A stretch of 64,000 bases of DNA. It comes from Podarcis liolepis (lineage: Eukaryota). The notes below the pieces were generated by a model. That model worked only from the letters and a program-made list of their open reading frames with translations. It did no database searches and was not told the origin of the DNA. Position numbers and translations under genes: made by a program. Position 1 is the stretch's first letter. Every line of letters begins with the position of its first letter. The stretch lies in assembly GCA_965112155.1 (NCBI GenBank), contig OZ218099.1. One strand, 5' to 3'. This document shows, piece after piece, positions 34,460 through 46,545 of this stretch.

Positions 34460-36560
34460 GAGGTTCAGGTGCTTAAGATGCCTGATCAGCCGCAGCAACA
34501 GGGTGGCCCCCCTGCAAGGCCCGGAGAAGCCCATGGTGTCAGGTGAGCAAATGGCCTTCCGTTTTGGGACAGAGGAGGGCAGGAATGGGCTAGGGGGGCA
34601 GCTAGTCAAAAGATGCACAGAGCCAGATGGCTGGATCCGACCCAAGGTCCATCTGGGCCAGCGTCTGGAAACCCAACCCCCCCTGCAACCACGCCATTTT
34701 GTGGGGTCTGATGGAGGAAGCAGGGGGGGCTGGGGTGTCCCTCCCCTGTAGTAGGACTTGGAATCCAGGAGAAAACTATTGGAATAGCCTTGCCAGGGGC
34801 TTAGGGATGTTCTGGGGCTCCACATCCCTTCCCTAGGGGAGTGTATTTGGATAAAACAAGAGCAGGGAGTGGTTCCCTCAGACCTGCCCCCTGCTGCCCG
34901 GGCTCTTTGCCCTCCACTCTGCGCTCTGCACTCTCAGATGCGGAGGAGCCCTCCCCCCATAAGGAACTGACAGCCTGACTTCTGCATTTCAGCTGCTGGA
35001 GGAAGATCAGCTGTACTTCCTGGAGGTCATCCAGAACTGCCAGGCAGCTCGGCTCAGGGGGCTCCACACCCTGAAGTGCTCCAAGCAGGAGATGGCCCAA
35101 GCCATCATGGTGAGTAAGCAGGAGATGGCCCAAGCCATCATGGTGAGTAATGGGTGGTGTGAGGGACCCCCATGGGGAGGGAGGGGCTTTGTGAAAGGGC
35201 TTGTGCATCTGCCAGAGAGGAGGACCCTTCTGGCTTAGGGCAGGGTTGCCAATCCCCTGGCGTTTGGGGTCGAAGCTGTCCTCCGTAGACCCCTGGAAGG
35301 AGCTGACTTTCCTCCTCTGCTCTCTTACAGGACATTTTTGGCCATTTGGAGCGCTTCAGGGATTGCCCCCTGAGCCTGGCCCTGGCCTTGGAGGCCCTCC
35401 TCCAGCTGAGGTGAGTGGGGTCTTTGGAGTGGATGGGGTTGCGGGGTAGGGGGCAGAACTCCAGGTGGGCAAAAGCAGGCAGGAGGAAGAAAGGGGCAAG
35501 GGAGACTTGGAGGAGGCAGCGTCTTACTGCTTCCCTTTCTCTCTCCAGCTTCATGAGACCCCATTTCAGCTGCGATATGATCAGTGCTATCCTGCATATG
35601 ACAATGGAGGCTGTTCTTGGGGGTGCAGAAAAGGAGGAGGTCAAAATGTATGTCCTCTGCTTTGACATCCCTTTGCACAGCTCTTTCTTCTTCTCACACC
35701 CTTGCAAGATTTAACCCAGCACTCAACCTCTCTCCTCTCTTTTCCCACAGGAACTGAAGCAGCATTTCCAGAGACTGCTGGAGGGTCTCCTTCTGGAAGC
35801 CCCCAATGCTGGCACCCTCCTCCAGCTGCTCACTGTAAGTGTCCTGATAGCATCAGGAGTGGTTTTAGGGTTGCCCCCTGTCCCTTACCCAATGGACTGT
35901 CCCATTTCTGGGGCATGGAGTCCCCTGTCCCAGTTGGCCCCCAATTTGGCCCAAGACCAAAACTGGCAACCCTCATGATTTGGGAGTGCCAGGGACTCTG
36001 TGATGGGGGCAGTGGAGGGCCACTTCGGCCCAGACTGGTCCCTGACTCTGAGACACTCTTTCCTCCCGCAGGACCTCCCATATTATGCCCTTTGGGGAAG
36101 TGAGGAGGAAAGGAAACTAGCAGCTAGCAGCATTTCTCTACTGTTGGCTGTTTCACAAAGATTCCCCCACCTAAGAGTAAGTATCTTGCCTTCTTGTATT
36201 CATTTCTTTGGTTACTTCCATCCCCCCAAGAGCACCCCCCCCCGTGACTTTTAATGCAGAAGATGTGGTGTGGGTCCCTGGGTGCCAGGATGAGGCCAGA
36301 GGCTTTTTCTGCCCCCTTTCCTGGTGTTGTCCTTCCACCTCTTCCCAGGAGGCTGCAGGGCCCAGGGAGGTCCTCTGGGGCAAAGGATTGGGCCCAAGCC
36401 ATATGGAGACCTGTCCTGCCTGGCATGGGGCTGCTTCTGTGCTCTCTTGCACCCATCCAGGGTGGGGTTCGTAGTATCATCTGACCCAGATTCTTTTTCC
36501 TTTGCAGAAGACAGTAATTCAGCCAGACCTGGCCTGCTTCCGGCAAAATCTGAAAGAAGG
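34460..36560 (+). pseudogene. Decayed multi-exon gene fragment, probably MROH-like (maestro HEAT-repeat)
   Basis: Closely spaced AG-GT exons at 34938/34993-35109 (LLEEDQLYFLEVIQNCQAARLRGLHTLKCSKQEMAQAIM), 35331-35410, 35549-~35647, 35751-35834 (ELKQHFQRLLEGLLLEAPNAGTLLQLLT) and 36072-36176 (DLPYYALWGSEEERKLAASSISLLL); Leu-rich helical peptides; in-frame TGA plus frameshift near 34976-34992. Confidence 0.55.
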
Positions 36561-36799
36561 TAAGCCCCACACCTTAGGGACAGCGAACTCCCTTGTCCCA
36601 TGTTTGCCCAAGACACACCTCCCAGGTCTCCTTGCTGGGAGTCCTGAAGGACCTGCTCCCTGCCTGGCAGGCCTTTCCCATCTGGTCTGGGAGGGCAGCG
36701 CCCAGACTGACTCCAGCTACAAAAAGCGGAGAGGGCTGAACAGATTTTGGGTTGGGGTCTTTTTGAGGGGTGGTTCCTGTTTCCTTTGCCCTCCATGGC

Positions 36800-37000
36800 C
36801 TCTCTGCTCAGCAGTTTCCCTGCCTGAGCTGATGGAGCTGGTCTTACAGGCGGAATTGAGGACTCCCCGACTGCTGGTGCTGGCAGACTTTGAAATCTGT
36901 GCCAAGGCAGCTGGCTCTGGGGTGGCTCAGGACTTCCTGGCTGCCATGATGACCAACAGGATACCGCCCCAAGGCAGGTGGCCGGCCACACTGGGCAGGA
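36800..37000 (+). mobile_element. L2/CR1-type endonuclease-domain remnant
   Basis: SLPELMELV...PRLLVLADFEICAKA...AQDFLAAM resembles the LLVLGDFNIH region of L2 endonucleases. Confidence 0.6.
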
Positions 37001-37034
37001 GAAGGGTGATTAAAAGTGGGGGACCTTGACCCTG

Positions 37035-37378
37035 AGAAATAGGTGAAGTATCTGGAAATATGGTTAACAGCGAAAAACCCCAATATATTTCAAGATAATT
37101 ATGTAAAGACATGGAAAGATATAAGAATAAATCTTGAGGAAGAATGAAACTCTCTCTAATGGGAATAATTTTGGTTATAAAAATGAATATTTTGCCTAAT
37201 TTTATTTCAAACCACTCCAATAGTAGGCTGAGCAAGATGTTTCAAAGAATAGCAAAAATATATTTCTAGATTTGTCTGGAAAGGGAAGAAACCGATAATT
37301 AAATATACAATTTTAATAGATATAACATAAAGAGGTGGAATTGAATTGCCAGATGTATGGTTGTATGATGAGGTGGCT
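37035..37378 (+). mobile_element. L1 LINE ORF2 remnant
   Basis: KYLEIWLTAKN...FQDNYVKTW...MKLSLMG...IKMNILP...RFVWKGKKP...GGIELPD, the L1 post-RT region. Confidence 0.75.
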
Positions 37379-37439
37379 TATCTCCCCTTCTCCCCCAAAC
37401 TGTGCTGCAGTGACTCAGATCAGAGTCCAGCTTGGCACC

Positions 37440-37600
37440 CACCCTCTGGAGCAGGAGAAAACAAGCTTGCTCCATCTTCCACGTGACAGCCCTTGAGATA
37501 TTTGAACTTGGTTATCTTATCTCCTCTCAGTCTCTTCTTATCCAGGCTAGACATACCCAATTTCCTCAACTGTTCCTCATAAGACTTGGCATCTTGGTTG
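37440..37600 (-). mobile_element. CR1 ORF2 C-terminal fragment, right part of a split copy
   Basis: YEEQLRKLGMSSLDKKRLRGDKITKFKYLKGCHVEDGASLFS; begins at accctctggagcagg, colinear with the end of the 32742-32968 piece. Confidence 0.8.
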
Positions 37601-39643
37601 CCCTCCTCTGCAACCATACACAGATACATTTACCTTATTTTTGAGTGATCAATTTGTGCTTCCAAACAGATAGTCTGGGACCACTCAAGCTCGGTTCAAG
37701 GAGGAATCATATTGACAATAAAGGGAGAAAACAGGGTTCAGAATAGCATAATGAAAATAATTAATTTTAGGGGAAAGAACTTCACATACACTTATCATGC
37801 CAAGGATCCATGCACATTTTGTTTTTCTAAAATGACATTTTCTACAGTGAAGATAATAATGGCAGATTTCAAATTTTAAGTGTGGTATTGCAATCTGTTA
37901 TTTTGAATAACATTGCCAAGAAGATCTGCCTATGCCTTTTCTAATTATTGGTGATTTGATGAATTACTAATAGGGCAATCCTATCATTTTACTAGAAAGG
38001 GGTGACCAGGACAATTATTTATTTGCTACATTTAAGTACCACCCTTTCTGTAAAACAAGTCAAGGTGGTTTACATTTTATAATAACAAAGGTAAAATCAA
38101 AGTCCCCTGATTCAAAAGTAAAAGAAGTAAATTTAGGTACTGACACTTTCATATGGTCACATCATGACCCAGTGTGGAGTGGTCACTGCAGGAGAGATGT
38201 GGAGCCAGTAGAAGGGACATACTGTCTCCCTCTGATTTTTTAAAACCTTTAAATATTATAAAATGTGTAATAAAGAGGGGGGAAAGTTCATCAAATACAA
38301 TATTTGTAAGCAGTGCTTTGTTTTTGGTTTTTGGCAAAAATAATAATGAGGTGCTGATACTCATATATTGATTAAAAAATATGCTGCGTTTTGAGTAATA
38401 ATTCCACCAGAGTTCATTCTCACAACTATTTTCAGCCAGACAAGGATGAGGAGTCCTCACAAACACTGTGATTTACAAGTATCTTTTTAAAAACTATCCT
38501 AAAACATCTGGCCATTATGTTCCTGAAACAGTTTAAAGATGTTTTGAATTAGTATTGTATTTATGCCAGTTTTGGCTTATTCCTGGCAACTGTTAATTGC
38601 TGAGTTTAAGTATGCCAGTTTGAAGGGCCTATGGTTAGCAGCCAGTCTTTATAATTTATGTAATATTCCCTTCAAAACAACAGGAGGGTGACCTCATCCA
38701 TTGTGAATCAGCCAAATGTTAGTTGTAAGGCAGAGGCTATTCAACAGGGAATATCATCACTACATAAACAGTTAAATCATTCAGAAAGGATAAGAAAATA
38801 CTGTAGTTCACTTCTGACAGAAACATGTCCAGCTGTCATAATTAAACAGGGGGGTGGCATTTGAGTAATTTTAATCAATAAATTAAAAATTGCAGCAGCT
38901 TCAACTTTTAATCAACTTAATCCAAAGATTAATCCATAGATCAATCAACTAAAGCATTATAAACATTGATTAATGAAAAGCGATATGAACACTTGTTTAT
39001 GTGTAATGAATTGGTTACTTGAACTGATATTTTCCTTGCATTTAAGAATCACACTCATTGCACTTAAGAATCAGCTTTCTGGATCAGAGCAAAGATAATC
39101 CTTTTTCCAGTAGTAGCCAACTATTATTGGCCTGCTATGTGCCACCAGCATCTAATAGCAATGTGAATTGCCTTTGAACATAGAGGTTTAATTATTAGCT
39201 ATTGTACATGATAGCCTCTAATAGACCAGTGGTGGTGTGTGTATATGTGTCACAACAGAGGGGAAGGGAAAGGAAGAAGCAAGAGTTGCATACAGCAGAG
39301 AGAGGGGATAGCTAGCCCCTTTAAATCTAAGACTAAACATTGATTTTATTCTAAAAACAACAATTCAGCTATTATTTTGTTGCACTTTTTTATATAAGAT
39401 GGAACAGAAATTATTGTGTCTGCGCTAGTATTCCAATGAAGAGAGGCTGTGATAAAGAATGTGACTGCTGGCCTCCTGACTCCACAATGATGCTGCCAAT
39501 GATGTATTGGGAGCTGACTCCGATTGCACCATTTTCGAAATAGCCTCAGATGGCACGAAGAAAGCAGACAGAAAGGCAATTCACAATGTGGGCATAATGT
39601 TGCTACTTTCCCAGGGAGCCAGGTTATATCTTTGCATTGCAGA

Positions 39644-39653
39644 ATGATTCCAG
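39644..39653 (+). CDS. PPP2R2B: PPP2R2B distal alternative first coding exon end (ATG ATT CCA G = MIP-G)
   Basis: ATGATTCCAG|gtgagt with a consensus donor; phase 1 joins 39806 in frame; matches my recollection of the MIPG N-terminus of a human PPP2R2B isoform. Confidence 0.75.
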
Positions 39654-39805
39654 GTGAGTACACATTTTTCCTTCATTTTATTCAGAACAAGGCAGTGACT
39701 ACACATAGATCTGCATTTGTTAATTAAAAAAAGAGAGAAAATCTTGAACCTCTTCCTCATTTTATCTCTCTCATTTTTTTGATGGGGCGACGTGTCTATC
39801 TGCAG

Positions 39806-39883
39806 GATTTGAGAACCTCATGCAAGATGTGCTGTGGTGCTTCAGTCAAGTGAAAGGAACTATTGACACAGGGGTCACAGAAG
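39806..39883 (+). CDS. PPP2R2B: PPP2R2B alternative N-terminal exon (GFENLMQDVLWCFSQVKGTIDTGVTE)
   Basis: cag| and |gtgggt; WCFSQVKG is the B55-family N-terminal motif; ends in phase 1, ready for the common ADIISTVEFN exon outside the window. Confidence 0.9.
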
Positions 39884-40543
39884 GTGGGTTTACTTTTCCT
39901 TTTGTTCTTGAAATGAAAAGGAACTTGTTTTCTTGCACTAACTGCTTAGTCAATGATCACTTTGTTTCAGCTCTTCTTGTGGTGATAACTTATGCTGCAA
40001 ACAGGTAGCAATGATGTGTCTTTTTTTAAAGGTATGTTTTAAGGAGGCCTTAATTAGCCTGTCACTAAAATGGGAGCATAAACCTTTCTGCAACTGAATA
40101 AATCCTTCTCCTCACATTATTTTTTTGAGGGGGGGGTAATTTACTTCTTTTTCTTCATGTTGACTATATTAGCATATTAGCTACTGCACTGTATACAATT
40201 TATTGCATTTCTTATCATAAGATATGGAAAAGAGATAGTACTAAAAAGTGATCAGGAGTGATGGGCATTGCAGCACTCAATGACCTATTTGTTCCTAGTA
40301 GTTCTGGGACCTTTCACAGTCAAATAATGTCCCTCTCTCTTTCTGTGCTACTCACAATAAAAGCGGAATATGCCGCCTGCCGTTTTGGGAACAAACTTGA
40401 AGGGATAACTGTGCAGGTCTTTGCAAAACCCCCCCCCCCTTAAACAACTGATGAAATATATGCTACTGAAATGGAGAAAGTTTCTACTAGCCAGATCCCA
40501 CAAGGGTATACATTCCAGATGATTTGCAGGGCAAGGGAGGCTT

Positions 40544-43075
40544 TCCTTCACAATACACTCAGAGTGGAAGTTTTTTTTCTCCAGAACCAACTCTTTCTTG
40601 CATTAACTCTTTCTACCTCAATCTGTCTCCCTACCTATCTCCCAACCTCTATTTCAACCCACTTCAACCAACCGTCTCTCAAACCCTCTCCTTTTAAACT
40701 CTCCTTCCTGGAACCATGGCCAATCAGAGGCTGTCATTTATTAACCATTTGCTGGCCGGGAAAGGGGGGGGGACACTTGTTAATCCAAACAGGTCAGCAA
40801 AAAGAACTTTTCCGTCACATGTCCCCCCGCCCCCCGAAAATCATAGCGTAAGCAAGGTTGCATACACCAGCCTCCATGCAGCAATTGGCAGGAATTGAAA
40901 AACACTTTTGGGGTTTGTTTCAATTTTCAAATACACTTTAAACCACATTAAAAACTTTTGCATCTCAAATAAACATATATACCGCCTGTTTGTCCCTTTA
41001 TCTATCTAAAGGTTTTGTGACAGGGCATCTGCAATTGCCTTATCCTTCCCTCTGCCCTGTTCATAATAAGGTTTAAGCATGTTTTACTTGGAAAACTTCA
41101 CAATGTCCACTTTCCAAGTTTAAACCAACCACATAGTCTATGTTGGAGAGTCTACCAACGACACGGAAGGCTTTGACGTTGTTCTGCGGTCAGACCAAAG
41201 CGCACTTTCACTCTCTCTTTAAATGTGAGGTAATCAGAGGTTTCATCCTCTCTGAGATCTGAGTATATTTCACTCAAAATTCCACATATCTGAGGGCACA
41301 AATACAGCATCCAGTTTCCCTCAGGAATGTTTAAGTCTTTACAACTCCATTCAAAACTACATAGGAATGCCTGCACACCATCACCTTTTACATACTTTGG
41401 AAACCTCTTTATATTAGCTGAGGAAAAATCTCCACCCCCAACATTGGTTGCGGCAATTCTGCTCTCAGCTTAATTTCCTCCATTATTAAAAGAAACATAT
41501 CTTTTTCAAGGGCCACCTTGGCCTCCCTTTCTCTGTATTCTTGGGCTAATATGGCATCTCTTTCTCTTTTTCCTCATGAGCTACCGGTAGTCTGCTCTTT
41601 CTCTCTGCCATATCTCTCTCAGTCTGTTTCTGTGCTAGCTGAATGTCAGCTGCGATTCTGGTCTTTTGTTTTTCTTTCTCTGCTTCAACTTTAGCCAATT
41701 CTAATCTTAGTCTCATCATCTCTAATTCAGTACTGTATTAGGATTTTCCTCAGATGCAGCAGCTCCCAGCACTGGGTCATCCTGAGTCTCTTTGGCTTGG
41801 CGCTTGCTGGTCATTTTCTGACAGAATTTTTTTCTCCTTTTAATAAAATAACTTCACTACTTTATTGTTATGTATTGGGTTTAACACATTTTATGTTACA
41901 AGGTGCATTCTAACCAATTGCATAAGTGTTGGTAGACGAACATTCTAATGGCAAGCAAGCGCATGCACTTTCAACTGTCAACTGTCAACGGTCAGTTCAT
42001 GCTTGCCATTATTATTGTGTTGTCCAGTCAGTTCGGTTCTTGTTTTCCTATGAGTGAGCTGTTGTCACTCCCAAATGTTGAATAAACATAGTTGAGGAAC
42101 TTATACTGCCTTGGGCTTCTGACTTTTTCCGAATATTTAACATTTATTAACCTGGTTGTTCTATGTCTCTGGGTATGTTTCTGTGTGGGTTTTAACTTCG
42201 GATCATCAATTAATATGTGATGACACTTTTTCCTCTCACGCCATTGGGTCCACTCTCACTTAGATAAATTGCCCCCACCTCACGGAACAGCACTTTACCC
42301 GAAGGTTTCTTTTCCTTTCCTCTTAAAATTCTAGCCCAGAGTATCCTGCAGGGGACCTTTGTGAGGGAATATTTAGTCAGTTGGAGTCTCAGACAGGTTT
42401 TCTTTAAATTAACAAAAAAGATTTATTTAAGGCAAGATAGTATATAACTTAGGTTATTTCAGGCATACAATACAATTATACTTTAATTCGTCGTCAATTG
42501 TTTTTGTGTTATAGGATGGGTTCCTTTATACGGTGATACTTTCTTTCAGTTATACACCCCCTTTAACAATCTTGCTCCTGAGGTACCTTAAGCAATAGAC
42601 CAAAGGGCTCTCCACACCCCCTCCCTTCACTGAGTTTGGGAGATTATTCTTTTCCTTAGAAGAATCTCTCCCCTCCAGACTAGATTTGAATCCCAATTAG
42701 GTTGTTCCTTTCCAGCTCCTACTTCTTCTGGCTCAACCTTTGCCTCCCAGTAAAATTCTGATCTATTCCTCCTACAGGACACCACATTCTGTCCTTCACA
42801 ATACACTCAGAGTGGAAGTTGGTTTTTTCAAAACCAACTCTTTCTCGCATTAACTCTTTCTACCTCAACCTGTCTCCCTACCTATCTCCCATCCTCAATT
42901 CCAACCCACTTCAACCAACCAACCAGCCACCTCTCAAATCCTCTCCTTTTAAACTCTCCCTCCTGGAGCCACAGCCAGTCAGAGACTGCCGTTCATTAAC
43001 CATTTGTTGGCAGGGAAAGAAAGAACGAACACTTGTTAATCCAACTGGTCCAGCAAAACCGACTTTTTCGTCACA
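40544..43075 (-). mobile_element. Internally deleted Gypsy (Gmr1-like) LTR retrotransposon
   Basis: 5' LTR 42360-43075 (TG...CA); truncated 3' LTR 40544-40819 homologous to 42792-43075; PPT just before the 3' LTR; gag remnant 41150-41810; integrase-end and RNaseH-end remnant 41006-41090. Confidence 0.82.
41866..42142 (+). mobile_element. Solo LTR with 5-bp TSD (Copia- or BEL-like) nested in the Gypsy element
   Basis: TGTTATGTATT...AATATTTAACA ends, TSD tttat (41861-41865, 42143-42147), aataaa ~42081. Confidence 0.78.
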
Positions 43076-44606
43076 ATGGCCCTTCTCATCTCCTCTGTTG
43101 CAGGCCTAAAGTGGTGAGAGCTAGAAGTTGAAATGAGGTTTCTCTTACTGCTGGCTTGCTGGAGTTTGAGGAAGGCCACCTTTTTTGCCACACAGTTTCT
43201 ACTTGCATTACGGAGGACAAGAATGTTAATCAATGTATATCATTTACCGCGGGCTATACATCTCTATTAATTTTGGGTGGAATTCAACATTGCTGTAAGG
43301 CCATTTTTCCATCAGCACAAGCATTTCTGCTTGCCCGACTTAATAATCTCCCTCTGTGTGCTGTTCTGGGGGTTCTTCCAATCCCCAAGAGCTGATTTGA
43401 AGGGTGCAGGAGGGAGGAGACAGGGGGAGCTCTATTGCACTATGGGAACTCATTGTACTTGTTACTGCTAGCACAGCTATTCAGCCCTCCATGACATGTT
43501 TGGACAACTGGGGCACAAATAAAACTATTATGAGTAAGACTAGGTATGCACCTTCTAAAGTACTGGGGATCCAAGCCAGAGGTATTTGACCCTACTGTAT
43601 TCCCCTGCTGTTGTTTTTTGTTTTCCACTGGATGTCTTTGATTTCCTATTTTCAGTTTCCAGGGTGGAGGGGAGGCCTCACTCTGCACTCTGCACATTTG
43701 CTATGAGTTTAGGGGATGAGTCCTTCCCCCAATTTCACCCACAGCTCAGAGAATCCTGGGATGATTTCATGTTGTTTGAGCCATTGCATTTCTATTGTCC
43801 TAATATTGGGCACATGAGGCAAGTCAGCACCATGGAAAGTTCCAAAGGCTATAAAGGGGCAAGCCCCTGGCTTGGAAACTGAGCACTTCTTTCTGACAAA
43901 TCCTCCCAGGCATGTTGCCTACGTTGATGGGTTGGCATGAGGATGCAAGTTCTTTGAGCGAAGGGGATTAATTCCTCAGGCAGGGCAGGATCCGAAGGTA
44001 GGGACTCAGGCCCGTTTGGTCTAGATACTAGCATTAGATTTTTCCTCCCATGCTGCTGCTCTGATGGATCCAGCCACACTTCTATTGGAGTCAGATCCTA
44101 GCCTGCTTTCTCAAAATGGGGTCCCATTCTGCTTAGGGTTCAAAAGCTCTCTGAAGATACCTGCAACAAGCTTCCACTATTCCAACAGTTGCATGGGGTC
44201 CTTTGTTCCACAACTTTTAAACTCTGCCATCTGCTAGTGTAAGGGCTCTTGTGTTAGCAGACAACCCTTCATTTTTTAGTAATTTCTGGATGCTATTGTA
44301 TACTGTATATGTATACAACTTTGTAACATATTACTGACAGCTGGGAATCAAGCCTTTAAAATCTTGGATACCTTGGATATCTGACTCTACAATATCATTG
44401 GATTTGGCTGTGAGCCCAACTTCATTGGCTTCTTTTTATGCTGCTTGCTAATTGCTTTCACAGTTTGCACTCTGCCGTTTGCATAGAGAGTAAAGTGCTA
44501 TTAGTTAATGCAACCTAAAATTTCAGCCTAAATAATTAAGTAAGAGCCAGCTACCATGAGACTATGGCTATTTTTGTGAATATGATTTTAAAGTAGAGTG
44601 AATTTA

Positions 44607-44859
44607 CAGTGGTGCCTCGCAAGACGAAAAGAATTCGTTCCGCGAGTCTTTTCATCTTGCGATGTTTTTCGTCTTGCGAAGCACGGTTCGTCGCAACTGC
44701 GCCTCTTCAAGTGGCTTTTAAAAAAAAGCGCAAGACGTTCTCGTCTTGCGAAGCAAGCCCATAGGGAAATTCGTCTAGCGAAGCAACGCAAAAACGGAAA
44801 ACCCTTTCGTCTAGCGAGTTTTTCGTCTTGCGAGGCATTCGTCTTGCGGGGCACCACTG
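44607..44859 (-). mobile_element. MITE family B
   Basis: ta|CAGTGGTGCCTCGCAAGACG...CGTCTTGCGGGGCACCACTG|ta. Confidence 0.88.
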
Positions 44860-44982
44860 TACTCCAAGGGAAAACTAAACCACCAATTATATATACTGTA
44901 GCTTGGGGTGGAGGGAGAGGACAGGCAATGTTTAGGGGAGCAGATTTAAATCAATAAATGTGTTCTAGGGTAGACCAAAAAC

Positions 44983-45104
44983 CATGGGTGTAGCAAAGGG
45001 GGGCAGGGGGCAGCTGCACCCCTAAATCAAGTAAATCAATAAAAATACTTGACTGAGGTTCTCCCCCCAACAAAAAAAAACCATAAATCCTGGCTACACC
45101 CATG
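44983..45104. mobile_element. Short hAT-like MITE
   Basis: TIR CATGGGTGTAGC / GCTACACCCATG. Confidence 0.65.
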
Positions 45105-46227
45105 CCACCCCCCCCCATATATTTCAGGTTAAAGCTAAACCCAAACCATTTCAGTATTGATCTGGAACAATTATTGAAATCCTGTGTCTTGGAAACCAAC
45201 CCTTTATTTATTTATTTATTTTTATTTATTCATTCATATTACTCTTGAAGACAAATGTACACATTTTTCGTTATGCTTTCTTTCAATACTACTTCCTCTT
45301 CTAATCCAGTTTCCAAAGAGATATTTCAAGCAATTTCCCCCAAACAATGGCATAAACAATGTCTTAGGGAAGTCCTTCTTAGCACTTTCCATTTATCAAA
45401 TACAGTAGGTAATTTCAAAGCTGACAGTGCTAAACAAATGAGATTCAAGCAGTGATAATTTCCTTGAATTGATATTACACATTTATTTGTCGGGAAAGCT
45501 GGAGGCAATGCTCTGAGTAGCACTAAAAAAGGAAAAAGAGATTGAATGAATATAATTTCATATCCAGGTGTATATAAAATATTTAAGATAATCTGTGTGA
45601 AGTACTAAGTGCCAATTCAAGATGCATTAATACTTGGTTTATTGCATACTTGTTCTTTCAATCACATTTCTACTTATGCACGCGGCTACTAAGCACATTC
45701 CTGTTTGTGTCAAGAAAACCCAGAAGATGTTCAACCAGCATGTCCTGGATCTGAACTGTAGTATTCAAGAGAGTGATAAGTTCCTTAGGGTCAAACTAGA
45801 TGCAATATTAACTGTATGTAAGCAATTAGCATGCATGGTTCTGAAATTTTAAATTTCTGCAATGAGAAAGGAGAAGCAGGTTTGCAACTATGGCACATTG
45901 TGATGGGAATAGCCTCCTCTCACCCCAACATCACCCCCAAAGCCATTAGAACCAGGAAGAGAAGTCCCATGGGCATATTGATCTTTCTGAGCAAATACCA
46001 GGGATAAACCAATGTAATTGCGATAAAATCCTTTCTAGAATATCTTTAAAACAATCTAGTGCAGTGGCTTAGAATGTGAGCCTTCGACACCATGGAGTCA
46101 TTCAGTTATTCCCTTGCCTCAACCTCCTTAGGTAGCAAGTAACAAACTTTTAGCTTCCACTGTCTCATATGTACTATGGAAGTAATATCACTGACTCACC
46201 TGGGTGTGAAGATTATTTAAGAATATA

Positions 46228-46430
46228 CAGTCGTACCTCGGAAGTTAAACACCTTGCGACTCAAACGTTTTGGCTCCCGAATGCCGCAAACCTGGACGTG
46301 AGGGTTTGCAAACGTTCTTTGGAACCGGAGCTTCCTGCAGCCAATCAGAAGCCGTGCCTTGGTTTCCAAACGTTTTGGAAGTTGAACGGACTTCTGGAGC
46401 AGATTCTGTTTGACTTCTGAGGTATGACTG
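46228..46430. mobile_element. Tc1/Tigger-like MITE
   Basis: ta|CAGTCGTACCTCGGAAGTTAAAC...GTTTGACTTCTGAGGTATGACTG|ta. Confidence 0.82.
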
Positions 46431-46545
46431 TATATCCAAAACTTTGGATGTGAGAAAGGCACTATATAGAGGTTAAATATTATTCCCCCCCCCTTATTTC
46501 TTCTATGCTGTGTAAAGTAAATATTAGCACAAAGCTGTGATTCTA

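Noticed and set aside
43700-44260. Possible old LINE (RTE-X-like) C-terminal remnant
   Set aside because: Only a faint peptide resemblance (LPS...IPFAQRTC); too degraded to support a call
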